Shown: piece after piece, positions 12,306 to 23,865 of the stretch
Numbering within the stretch: position 1 is the stretch's first letter
Layout of the letters: every line of letters begins with the position of its first letter
Source: Camelus dromedarius
Taxonomy: Eukaryota
Reading direction: 5' to 3'
Assembly: GCF_036321535.1 (NCBI RefSeq)
Contig: NC_087437.1
Span: forward strand, 15,316,001 to 15,380,000
Length of the DNA: 64,000 nt
Program-made: the position numbers and the translations under genes
The notes under the pieces: model-generated
Database searches by the model: none
Told to the model about the DNA's origin: nothing
The model's input: only the letters and a program-made list of their open reading frames with translations

Positions 12306-13879
12306 TTGGGGAGCAAAGATCTCAACTAGTAATGAACTGATTACAAATAAGATGTGAACAATGCTTAACTCTTCTAGAGGGCATTTATTTTAAACAAGAA
12401 GCAAGTTATCCAAGGTGAATTTCTAATTGGTGGGAGGCAGAGTCTATTCTCAGAGGTCCCTCTGACCCCTACGGATTCCGCATCACCACCACCACTGCCA
12501 CCATGACCACTTTGTACTATACCTCCCACCCATCAGCATTTTGCTCCCAAACCCCTAACACTGACGCAGCAACAGACCACTTTCACCAGCTCTGGACTTC
12601 CAGAAACCCAGTACTCCCAGAATTAATCAATCATAGAGACAGGAGAGGATGCAGATAATAGTTAAGACCACAGAGGAGCACACGCAGCAGCAGACCTGCA
12701 GATTCTTCGACTTGAGCATTTTGGTTACTCCCAGCCCCTCTTGAGCTAACAAAGAGGCATATGGATTCCAGATTGAGTCAAGACCTGGCCCTCTACTCAT
12801 GGCCCAAAGGGCCCCAAATCAGAGTCCTCATCAGCAAAATGAGCAAATGGATGCCTATACTGCAGCCTGGCAAGAGGAGTAAACAAGAGCAATGAAGCCG
12901 GGCCTGGGGACACAGAGATGCCACCTACAGATTAACAGCTCCTCAGGCTTTTGGACTCTCTGTACCAAGGGACTTCCACTGGGACTGCCTGCCCTACTAC
13001 CAAGGAATAAGCTGGTTATATACGTCCTCCAAATCTGTGTCCCCATCTGCAAAATGGAACATACACACCTAAAACAGGGATACCCTTGTGCCTGACACAG
13101 GCAGAAGATTGCCACTTATCAGCAGCACTCTAAAAAGTGTCAACCACTACTGCAACTGCCACTACTTTTTTTTACTTTTTCTAATATAATCACCAAAAAT
13201 TGCTACACGTCACCCACTCAATAGTCAAAGCCCAACCCTAACTGCCATTTACACTTCGTGGAATGACCACTAGCCTTTATCCTCATTTCCTCCCAAAACG
13301 CCTCTAAAATGATAGTAATGAAATCACAAAAACATTAAACCACAAAGACAAACAGAAAGGGAAAGAAGATAACAATACTTCATACATTTCAACAAACTTT
13401 TACAAGATGGGAAGCAGCTGAAGGAATGGTCACCACTTCTCAGGATCCCTGGGTGCACCAAGGGCCACCAAAGGCCAGCCTGAGACTCAGACCTGTCAAA
13501 TGAGGAGCCTCTGATGGGGGTATTCAAAGCTGTCAGACCGCCAGGTCCAGCTGGGGACCCAAAGTTTTTTCTGAAGAAACTGAACCACAGAGGCAGGAGA
13601 GCTGTAAACAGGAAAAGTCAAAGTCTACAGCCTGAACAGCAGCACCCTCCATCGCTCCCCAACCACGTAACCCAAATCCAGACAGCTGGTGTATCACCAA
13701 GCACATCAGAGGCAGCAGGCTGGAGGTGTCTTCTTTGCAGACACTGACCAGTCCCCAAGAAAATGTGAAGGTGCTGATGTGTATGTGTGTGTGTGTGTGC
13801 GCGTGGCGGGGATACCAATGAAAAATCCACCCACACTCCAAGTTAAGTCACTGGACTGCACACACATGCACATGCTCCC

Positions 13880-15490
13880 TCTCTGCTAATCAACTTTTCA
13901 GTACCTGGCTCTTAATTACAGACAGCCAAGGATCAACAGATATTTGCAATATGAATAAACATAAAAAGAACCCTGAAATGAAAAGGCACACTGGAGGAAG
14001 CAGAAATGTTTTAAAAATAGTAAACATATAGAAAAAGTTAAAAACAACATATGCATGCCTCAAAGATAAGATAATACATCCATAAAATTAAAATAAAATG
14101 GAAAGAAAAAAATGAAATGAAACGGAAACGGAAACAGAGAACAAAAAGAGTTCTAAAATTTTAAATCATCATCATTAAAATTTTAAAAGTAAAAGCCTGG
14201 AAGGCAAAATTGAGGAATTCTCCCCCTCTTTCCACCTCCAAATACAGAGATACAAGAGGTAACATAAGTGAAGAATATCTGAAGAGCAATTCCAGGAGAT
14301 TCAATAACCAAACCAATAGACATTTCAGGTAGAAAAAACAAAAAATGAAGGGTAGGAAATTATCAAAAAAGTAAGAGACATTTTTGAAAACTGAAGGATA
14401 TGAGTCTCTAGACTGATAGGGCTCACCAAAAGAGGAACGACACACAGACAGAAGGAAGGACCCACACAAAAGCTTACGAAATTACAGAATTTTTTTTAAG
14501 AAAAAGACTCTGAGCTTTTAAAAAAAAGAAAAGAAAAGAAAAAGGGATCAGAGTGGCTTTGGATTTTTCATTAAAAATCCTAAATGCCAGAAAAGAATAT
14601 AAAAATGCCATCAAAATTGCAAAAAAAAATTATTTTCAATCTAATATTCTAATTTCAGCCATGTCATCTATAAAGCATGAGGACAGGACAGACACCTTCA
14701 GACATGCAAGGCCTCAAATAACTGACCTCCACGCAACCCTTTAAGGGAAGCTACTGAGGATACACTTTAGCAGTACGAGGCAAACCAAGAAAAAGGAAGA
14801 CATGGAGGAAACAGAGGCTCTAAAACAGGACAGAAGGGAACAGGAGATGCAGGAAAAACAATCCTACTGTCCAGATTGGAAGAGGATGGAAGGCTTCAAA
14901 GCAGGGAGTCTCTAAGAGGAAATAAAGTCAACTGATAGATGATGCGATGTGTTACCTGGAAAAAACAAATCAAAAGGCATTTAACATATTTCTTGGAGTA
15001 TTCAAGAGAACATAGCCACAGAAACATAAAAAGTAATCAAAAAGTTTAAAAGGCAATTATTTGCTCCAGGAAAAACAAAACCGTATACGAAAAGAAAACA
15101 CTACCATGGGTCACTATTTAACTCAGAAGTGAGTTTATGTATGTAAGTGCATGTATATGTATATAAACGTAAGACGTAATAAAATGTAATACACACACAC
15201 ACACACACACACAATAATGTAAATATGGACTGCTGGTTTTACCAAAAATTATGTATCTGTATTGAGGGGCCTGAAGGTGAGAAGAGGGCAAGTACACAGT
15301 TATGATACTAAGAAGTCAAATGCTTATTCTACATTGATTTCAAATATGAAAACAGATTGGGGGGGGGGGGGACTGTTTGAGATAGTAGCTTCCACTGGAA
15401 AGCAGGGCCTGGAGGATAAAAAGGCCAAAGACAGGAGACCACTGTTAAGTCTTTTTGCACTTTTTTTTAAAACCTATATGCATGTATCAA
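13880..15490 (+). mobile_element. HAL1/L1ME-like ORF1-region fossil
   Basis: Degenerate ORF1 C-terminal similarity (ORF 14553-14744) and HAL1-like gggaagctactgaggat…aaaccaagaaaaaggaagacatgg. Confidence 0.55.
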
Positions 15491-16199
15491 CTGGATTAAA
15501 ACAACCACTTATTCTCAAGTCAAGAACAATTAGTTCGATTTATAAAGTTGTCACCAACAACTTCATTTGTAAGTTGCTTACTTGGAATTCCAAATTCATT
15601 GTCTTAGAAATATTATAAATCTTCCCAAGTTCAGAAGGCATTTAATTCATAAGGATACAGAAACATGGTATAAAGTATTTCAAGTAGTCTTAAACACCGT
15701 AAGAGTTTCTGTGGGAAACTGCATTCTAAGGACTCAGTATGCCTGGAATACATCTCAGCTCTACCCACTTGCTCTTCCCCAGTCAGGAGTGGCTAAGGAA
15801 TAAATACTACAAAGTTAGAACACCTGAGGCAAATGGAAAAGGATGGAAGGAAAGACTTGAATCCGGCAGGGTGGAGAGGCAAGAGACCCACTGTAACAGA
15901 TCAACTCTACATGCATTAGAGAAAATAATTGTTGTTGGTCCCTCCAGCCCCAGAGGTAGACAGAGGTTGAGCAGCAAGGCAACCCTCCCACCTCTCTTCC
16001 CAATAGCTCATTTCTGGGCATAAACTGGATGCTCATCAATCAGGAAACAAATAAATACATCATTTCAAGTACTAATGAACTATGATTCCTTTTTCATCAT
16101 GCCATAATCAAACTTCTATATAAACAATTTTCATTTCATTTAATAAAATTTTATGGCCTATGTCAACACTATGTTTGATTTTTTTTTTTAAGATTATAA

Positions 16200-16352
16200 A
16201 CTTTGTGACCTTGAGCAAGTGACTTAAAGTCTTGCTTTTCTCGTCTCTAAAACAGGAATAATGATGTCTACTTCATTGGGACAAAAGAAAATCAGAGGCA
16301 GTGATGTATATAAAACATGTAGGGGCAGGTATATGGCAGGCATTCAATCAAT
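16200..16352 (+). mobile_element. MIR
   Basis: tgtgaccttgagcaagtgacttaa…tctctaaaacaggaataatga core. Confidence 0.7.
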
Positions 16353-17834
16353 GTCAACCTCTGGGTGTCCCCTGTCCCCTACCCCTACCCAGTTGGTTTC
16401 TTACATGTAAACAAAGTCACAAATTATATGCAGGCTTTTAACCAAAAAACATTTACAAAACCACGCATAATACATTAGTTTTTTTTAACTTATGTGATAT
16501 AAGTCTATAAGCATTCATTATTTTTCCTAAACTCAGTCTTTTTACAAGTACTAATCCAATTTGCAATTTTAATTCAGCAAAACTTAATTCAGCTAATTCA
16601 GCTAGACTAAAAGAGGATTTAGAAAGGCAGGACATTAACAAAAACACAGCATCCTTCTTTGGTTAAAGACTACAAATCCATGTAACAATGTCTGAACAGT
16701 CTGCTAAAAGCAATTTCATTTCAGCACTGAGTTGACCTCAAGAGACCTCAAGAAAGTCTTATAAGTTAAAAACATAAAATGAAGTAACAGATAATGGATG
16801 CTTAAAAGAATAATTTTTTTCCTTCAAACACTCAGATGTATCACAAATCGGAGGAGAAATAAAGATGAAAAAAATGTGGTTTTTTGGGCCCATAATAACA
16901 CAAAAGAAACTGAATGTCTAGCTATCTGCAACTACCAAAGCCTTCCATTTGGTGCCATTTCTATTAGACCTTTCTCTTAGGAGTCATTTTCAGAATCCAA
17001 AGTCCAAACGGGAACACTATTATTTTTCAAATTAATTACCCAAATGACAAAGCTAATTAGGTACTACAGAACCACCAACTGACCCAAAGCCAAGTTCTCC
17101 TTCCCCCACAAGGTATTCAAAGTAGGAGAGTGGCCCAGAAATACAGGATCAGTCCGAACTCCAACATATCCAAGACAAAAACCAAAAAGGTACTGAAGAA
17201 GCTAAAAGGTCTGCTCCCTGGAGATTCATTTACGATTGTAAAATATGCTTATTGGTCCCAAGATTTGGAGACTGCCAGAAAAATGTAGTGCTCTTATAAC
17301 CAATCTCTCTCAGTTTAAAAAAAAAAAAAACAACTATGATAACTGGAAAGTATGAGCACAGTAGTGTGGCCTCTACTAGGGCATCAAAACCACAGCCCGG
17401 GGTTTGCGGGTTTAACCAAAATAAAACGTGGATTTCGAGATACCGAAAATCCAGGGCTCTAGAGTGACACGCACAGAAATGGTCAAAGAAACTCGGAGCG
17501 GCAGGAAGGAAGAGGGAATAAGGCGAAAGGCTGAAGAGGCTGTAAGGAGGATGGAATGGGGTTGGATCCACCGCGGCCGAGGGGTCCCCGGGTCTTTTCG
17601 CGGCGCGGGGCGGAGGAGGGGGCGGGGGGAGGCCAGAAGGCTGGCCTGGGTGGGGGCCCGGCAGGGACCACACCTCCCGGCCAGCAAGGCAGGCAGAGGC
17701 CGGGGCCCGGAGGCGACCCCGCGCACCGGGAGCCGACCCGCCCGCGGCCCAACGCACGAGGACTGGGCCGTCGGCGGCCGGAAGCACCGGGGCCCGGCCC
17801 GACCTGCCCGCCCAGGCGGAGGGGCCCCACTCAC

Positions 17835-18063
17835 CGATGAGCCGGCGCACCTCGTCCTCGCTCAGGTAGAGGCTCACGCTGGGCCCCGCGGCCGTGGGCG
17901 GCAGCGCCGGGGGCCGCGGGGCCGGGGCGGCGGCGGCGGCGCCGGGCGCGGGCAGCAGCGCGAGCAGGAGCAGCAGCAGCAGCGGCGGCGGCGGGGCCCT
18001 CAGGCCGCGGGCCCCCGGGAGGCGGCTCCGGCCCGGCGGCCCCGGCCGCGCCGTCCCGCGCAT
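17835..18063 (-). CDS. RYK: RYK receptor-like tyrosine kinase, coding exon 1 (signal peptide and start of WIF domain); 76 codons + 1 nt
   Basis: Translates MRGTARPGPPGRSRLPGARGLRAPPPPLLLLLLLALLPAPGAAAAAPAPRPPALPPTAAGPSVSLYLSEDEVRRLI-G, matching the recalled mammalian RYK N-terminus (…GPSVSLYLSEDEVRRLIGLDAELYYV). ATG context is GTGGCC-ATG. A canonical donor G|GTGAGT lies at 17835/17834 (phase 1). Confidence 0.97.
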
Positions 18064-18143
18064 GGCCACCGCCGCCGCCGCCGCCGAGGAGGAGCGTGGG
18101 CCGCCCGCCGCGCCGCCGCCGCCCACCCCCGGCCCCGAGCCCC

Positions 18144-18179
18144 TCACAGCCCCGAGCCGGGGGCGGCCGCCCAGCTCAT
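18144..18179 (-). other. Candidate uORF2 in RYK leader: MSWAAAPGSGL*
   Basis: ATG at 18179 (G at -3), TGA at 18146-18144, out of frame with RYK, ending 80 nt before the RYK ATG. Confidence 0.55.
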
Positions 18180-18212
18180 CGCGCCGCCGGCCCGTGGCAG
18201 CCGGCCGCCGCT

Positions 18213-18260
18213 TCACACCACCGGAGCGCGCCGCCGCCGCCGCCGCCTCCTCGGCGGCAT
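18213..18260 (-). other. Candidate uORF1 in RYK leader: MPPRRRRRRRRAPVV*
   Basis: ATG at 18260 (A at -3), TGA at 18215-18213, out of frame with RYK. Relevant only if the TSS lies upstream of 18260. Confidence 0.45.
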
Positions 18261-18804
18261 CGTCCGCTGCGGGGGGCGGGCCGCGGAGGCGCGCCCGTGC
18301 GCGCCGCTGCCGCCCCGAGAGCGCGCGCGCACGCACCGCCCGCTCCGCTCCGGCGCTTTGATTTTCCAGTTCCTCCGCGGGCGAGGGGGTCTCAGGTCAC
18401 CCTCTTAAGGATAGTGTCCCCACCCCACGTTGTCACTAGCCTGATATTTGCTCGTCTATTGTCTGTAACACATACACACACTCCCGGGACGGAGGGTCCA
18501 TGCACGACCGCGCCCCTCCTACAGCTGAGCAGACCCAGGGAAATGCCTGGATACGGCTGCTCTGATTGCAAAGAGAAACAGGCTTTTTGTTTGGAGAGAA
18601 AATAGAGAAAAATAGAAATCACCTTCTATCCTGCCAACAGAGGTCAACATTAACATTTCTCTGTCTGTTTTCGCACTTATACATACTATATACATTTATC
18701 TTCCAAGAAGATCTTACTCAGCAAACTTTAGTAATCTTATTCTTACACGTTACACATTTTTATTTTTAATAATCGTTCGGCGTCTGTATAATCAACCTGT
18801 ATTT

Positions 18805-18986
18805 GAAGTTGTTACCCCGTGGTCCATGCAGGCTTTGACAGTTCCCCCTACCCCGTATGAAACTGTGTACAAAAGTGTGTGTCTCGCAGCCTGTGCTGTG
18901 TGCAGGCTTGAGCACACACAGAGAAGTGGTATGTACTTATTATTTGTTCTAGGAGTCCCTGTCCCTCAAAGAGGTTAAGAATCACG
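18805..18986 (+). mobile_element. hAT-Charlie MITE fossil (MER103-like)
   Basis: Ends …gtccctcaaagaggttaagaatcac, similar to the Charlie-type terminus aaaggttaagaaccactg. Confidence 0.45.
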
Positions 18987-19789
18987 AATACACCTCGTCT
19001 GTTTTAAAGGCAACTCAGAGAGCCCGTTCACCTCGTGATGTATTTATGTGAGCAACCCACTGCCGCGGTTAAGCCTGCTCCAGGGTCCCTTTCTCTCTGC
19101 GCAGGCTCCCAAGCGTCCGGCCAGGCCCGGGTCACCTCGCCCCTGTGGGCAGGACCCTGCTCTGCCCCTATACCTCGCATCAGGCCCGCGCCTCTGGGAG
19201 CAGCTGCCCCCGGCCAGGCCCAGCTTCAGTGCACAATTGCTGCACCAGCAGTGAGGCCCTGGGAGGCTGCTATTTTTATCCTGTGGGGAGAGTCGTGAAA
19301 AAGAGAGGGGCTTATGAGACGGGAAGTCCTGGAACTTGATTTCTCTCCTTCTTTAGCAAGGGATGGATTCCATTTAGAGATAAACCAGCCTCAAACTTAA
19401 AGCCTCAGCTCCCCAGCACAGAATACTGTGCCCATGATTCTACAAAAGGAAGCTGGGAAGAGGATGAGGGCTGAGGAAGAGTGCTCCACCAGAGAATGAT
19501 AAAATCACAAAGGTCAGCAAAAATACTTCTTTGGGGGCAAACACTGCTACCTATTGGGGGACCAGAATTCTGTCAAGAAGGGCTTGGGGCTGGGAAGCTG
19601 TGTGAACAGGCTCTCAATTCAGACAGGAAGTGGTTTGTTTGTTTGTTTGTTTAAAGGATGGCATATCCCTGCATGTTTGAAAATGACTCACAGTCACCAA
19701 GTAAGGAAGCTCCTGTCTTCAAGGCAATCTCCTCTTATCAGTGACTTCTTGAGGTAGTCTGTGATATAAACAGCTCAGAGCTGTTTGTC

Positions 19790-19990
19790 AGTCAGGCCTG
19801 GCTGGGTTCTGGTACTTTTTAGTGGTGTGACCTTGGGAAAATTACTTAAACTCTCTGAGCCTCTGGTTTCCTCATTCATAAAACAGGGGTGATAATGCCA
19901 GACCCACAGGGCTTTTACAGGATTTAACTGGAGAAGATGTGAGTAAAACACCTAGGCAGACACTGGAGTGGGTGGCTGTCACACCCATTG
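19790..19990 (+). mobile_element. MIR
   Basis: gtgtgaccttgggaaaattacttaaactctctgagcctctggtttcctcattcataaaacagggg. Confidence 0.8.
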
Positions 19991-20251
19991 TTATTATTAT
20001 TATAGTTAATCCCTTCCCTCTAATGACCACTTCCTGGAAAGTTTCCTCACCAGTTACTTCTAAACCGTTCAAACCAGGGATCCTCAAGAAATTCATCCAG
20101 TTTAGCATCATGCCTGGCCCAGAGTCAAGCTCGAGACATTAATGCCAGACATCACACTTGTCACTGGGAAACAGGGGTGAATAAGGAGCTTCCTTGAGGA
20201 GGTACGGCAAATATTTATTGCACATTTTCATCAGTGCTATGAAGAAAAAGT

Positions 20252-20460
20252 TAGTGGCTGTGAAAGTGTGGTTCCCAGACCAGTAGTAGTATCACCTGGG
20301 AACGTGTGGAAATGCAAGTTCCTAGGCTCCACCCCAGACTCTGCGAAGTGGACTGCTACACACAGAGAAGTGACATGTACATTTCATCACTTGTTCTAAG
20401 GAGTCCCTGTCCCCCAAAGTGTATCACAGGCCCTCCAGGTGATGCTGACCACTCTGTCAA
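20252..20460 (+). mobile_element. MER5A (hAT-Charlie) with foreign central segment
   Basis: aaagtgtggttcccagaccag…atcacctgggaac…gaaatgcaagttcctaggctccaccccagac … ggccctccaggtgatgctga. Confidence 0.8.
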
Positions 20461-20554
20461 GAAAATCTCAGCTCTTAACACTCTCTTCTGGACTACTTTA
20501 GTTGCCGCCCCACTGCCTCTCTGCTTTCCCTTTATTCCTTTAGCTTGTTCTCAA

Positions 20555-20905
20555 CACAGGAGCCAGAGCCATCCTGATAAACCTTAGCCAGATTATGTCA
20601 CTCCCTGGCTCTTAGACTGCCAATGGCTCCCTAATTCATCTAGAACAAAAGGCCAAGTCCTTGCAAGTTGTAAAGGCAGTTCTCACTCTGCCTTCCTCCC
20701 TACCCTTCTGATCTTACCTCCTTCTACTCTCCCCCTACTCACTTAGCTCCAGTCACGATGGCTTCCTTGCACATCAGACACAATCCTACCTCAGGGCCTT
20801 TCCCTGTACTCTTCCTCGTGCTGGAATGCTCTTCCTCATGTCATCCACATGGCTTCATCTTTCCCTTCTTCAAATCTATACTCAAACATTAACTTCTGAA
20901 TAAGA
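20555..20905 (+). mobile_element. L2 fragment
   Basis: cagattatgtcactccct…cctacctcagggcctttccctgtactcttcc. Confidence 0.7.
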
Positions 20906-22234
20906 TTAAAATTGTGACTTCCCAACACTTTAACTCCCCAGAGGAGGAACCAGTTCCCAGTCTCTCTTGTCTCTGTGGGGTACTTGGTCTCACACAAAAG
21001 TCTTCCTACAACCCCTAACCCATCTCTGAAGGAGTCCCCTCTCCCTCCCTTATCAGGGTATGGGTAGTAATTTTTGAAATTTCAGAGTAAGCCTCAGTGT
21101 GAAAATGCTGGGAAGCCCTGACTCCAGCCTCCTGAGGTTTCTTTGCCTGGAGGAAACCAAGGCAACAGATATGGTCCTACTCTACCCACTGCCCCGCTCT
21201 TGATTTTGCTTGTCACTGTGGTCAACCTTATTCTCCTCTGGGAGACAAGTTTGAGAAGCCCCAGAAAATACTATCTGCCCAAGACTTGTTTCACTGCTCC
21301 TGAAAAAGGCCAGCCGTGGGCTTGAGATGCAGCAGGGTGGATGGGTGGCAGCGCTGAGCCAGCCCGGGTCGGGCGGGAAGCGGTGGGGCCTCCGGGTTAA
21401 CAGAAATGACTGGGGTGATCATGCGTAGACTGATGTCCACTTAGAGTCCCAGCTCGTGTCCACAAGGATAGACGCCAACACACGGAGCCCTGAGAACAGC
21501 TCCCCCACCTGGACTGCGCTCACTCAGCTGGGGCAGGGATCTAAAACAAGGGGACTGGCTCTAAGTTCTGAAAATAGCTCCTTCCTTTGCAAGCAGCAGT
21601 TGGGAACGCTTCTGTGAGCAGTTTACTTTTTAAACCTTCTCCCTCCACAAGTAATAAGTATATTAACCCATTGTGTTGTGAAAGAGTCCAGTGGCTCGGA
21701 AGTACACAGAGGAAAACATGAATATCCCTCTTGACATAAGCCGTCATCTGTCTCCACCACCTCCCAGTTTGGTGTGTGTTTTTAGAGCCCTTTGTCTGAA
21801 AATTTACCTACATATATATGTACTTAGACAGGCAACTCTATATGTGTATGTGGTTTCTTTCAGTTTTTCAGAAATGGGATCGTACCAAAGGTAATAGTTG
21901 ACATGACTTGCTTTTTTCCCTGAACAAAATAAGTTGAGGTCTCGAGGATGCTTGCATTTCATGGTGCTAGTGATGGACCATACATCCTTGCCCCTGCATC
22001 TTTGTGCACATATGTAGATATTGAGAAGGGTAGATTCTCAGAAGAGTCGAAGGGAGTTATCCTTTAATGTTGGTAGATTCCACTGAATTGCCCTCTGAAA
22101 GATTTTTACCAATGTAGGCTTCCACCAGTGGTATGTATGAAAGACAAGGTAATGTATCACTGGTTTTCATTTTGCTTTCGACAGTCTGGGGAAAGAAAAA
22201 TAACTTGTTTAATCTGCATTTCTCTGATTACTAG

Positions 22235-22712
22235 TGTGAATGAAAAATACTGCAAACCATATCAGTAAACAAAGAATGCTGAAACTATCAAGTCATCAGC
22301 CGCTACGCCCACCCCCAGTGAAGACAAGCCTGCAGCCCGGCCTCTGCAGCCACTCACAGTGGTGCACTCTGAGGGGACTCAGAATAAAAAAGGACAGGAT
22401 ACTGGCCCTAGATAGCTAGGTGCTTGTCAAAGGAATGAATTCAGTGAGCCCAAGTGTTTGCTGCCTCCCATACATAGAAAAGCACTAAATTCTTAAACTT
22501 GAGATGCCTGATTTTCTTTAGATAACAAGCAATCTTTTATTGTTCCAACTACCTGGTCTTTGTTGTAAAGCTCCTATATATCCTAGCTCCTCCCCTATCT
22601 CTTTGGAGCAGTCCCTCAGAGCCATCTGAGAGGCTGTCATCCCGGCTCAAGTTCTTCCACCAAATAAAACATAACTCTCAACTTTTAGGCTGCGCATTTA
22701 TTTTAGTCGACA
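22235..22712 (+). mobile_element. ERV1-class solo LTR inserted in an old L1 fragment
   Basis: TG…CA ends, TATA-like CTATATAT (~22575), AATAAA (~22663), imperfect 4-bp TSD CTAG/CGAG. The host L1 sequence (tctctgattactag|…gattgagcatc) is split by it. Confidence 0.8.
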
Positions 22713-23152
22713 CGAGGGAGATTGAGCATCTTCTGGTGGGTATTAACTGCCCACTTAATTTACAGCTTTTGCCTGTTTTTCTAGTGGGTGGTTTGTCCTT
22801 TTTCTTGATTTGCAGTTATTTTCTTTTGCTGTAACGCTTGTCATTTAACCTTACTTGTGATGTCCTTTACTTAATTTAAATTTTGGATTTTTACTTTAGA
22901 TAAATCTGACAGTCGATTCCTTTATGGCTTCTGCGTTTTGGGTCTTGCTTAAGAAAAACTCCACAATTAATAGTTTTTGTGTTTTCCTAATACCTTTGTA
23001 CCTTAAAAAAATAGCTCCCTAATTCGTCTGGAATTTATGTTTATATAGCATAGGACACTATTTTATTTTATTTTTTCATATGGGGAGCCATTTCTCTCAA
23101 ACACTATTTATTGCATTTATTGACTATTCCACTCTTAGTTGTTGTAACCAAT

Positions 23153-23865
23153 TGTATTATTCAGGTATTAGTCAGGGTTCTCCAGAGAAACAGTCAATAG
23201 GATATAAACATAAATAAATAAGTAAATATATATATTTAGTAAGTAAATAAATATACATATTTTACTTATTTATTATATGTATTATATGTTATACTATTTA
23301 GAAAATATATTATTATATAGAATTATTATATGGTATATAATAACATACTATATTATTATATAGACATATATAATAATCTATCTATCTATATATAAAGAGG
23401 GAGAGAGGGGAGATAAGAGATTTACTATGGGACTTGGCTCACATGATTATGGAGGTCAAGAAGTCCCAGGATTTGCTGTCTGCAAGCTGGAGAACCAGAA
23501 AAGCCTGCAGTGTAATTCAGTCTGAATCCAAAGGGTGCAGAAGGGGTTGGGGGCAATGGTGTAATTTAAATCCTAGCCAAAGGCCTGACAACCAGGAGTG
23601 CTGAATTCAGAGGGCAGAAGATAGATGTCTCAGTTCAAGCAGAGAAGGAATTCGAGTTCTCTTCTACATTTTTGTTCTTTTCAAGTCGTCCTTGGATCAG
23701 ATGAGGCCCACCCTCATTGGTGAAGGTGATCTCTACTCAGTCCACTGATTCAAATGCTAATCTCTTCCAGAGACACCCTCACAGATATATCCAGAAATAA
23801 TATGTTGCCAGCTATCTGAGCCTCCTGTATCCCAGTCAAGTGGACACATAAAATTGACCATCACA
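23153..23865 (-). mobile_element. MLT2 (ERVL) 3' LTR with internal (TA)-rich expansion
   Basis: Begins on minus strand TGTGATGGTCAATTTTATGTGTCCACTTGACTGGG; ends …TCTCTGGAGAACCCTGACTAATAC. Confidence 0.88.

Larger units (their letters stand above)
1..17834 (-). other. RYK: RYK intron 1 (partial; continues beyond window start)
   Basis: Follows the exon 1 splice donor. No sequence encoding exon 2 (LDAELYYVRND…) was recognised in 1-17834. Confidence 0.85.
17560..18400. promoter_or_regulatory. RYK: CpG island / RYK promoter and 5' leader
   Basis: Very GC- and CpG-rich, with GC boxes (GGGGCGG, e.g. ~17607, ~17620, ~18160, ~18273), (GCC)n runs at ~18070 and ~18230, and no obvious TATA box. It spans exon 1. 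Confidence 0.92.

Noticed and set aside
17230..18336. 368-aa ORF as a full protein
   Set aside because: Only 18063-17835 is RYK coding. The rest is GC-rich leader plus read-through past the GTGAGT donor into intron 1.
17428..18605. Long plus-strand ORFs (326, 155, 169 aa) antisense to RYK
   Set aside because: Low-complexity Arg/Pro/Ala/Gly products expected from stop-poor CpG-island DNA; no recognisable domain.
23205..23400. AT-rich tract as a functional element
   Set aside because: Simple (TA)-rich expansion at the usual position within MLT2 LTRs.
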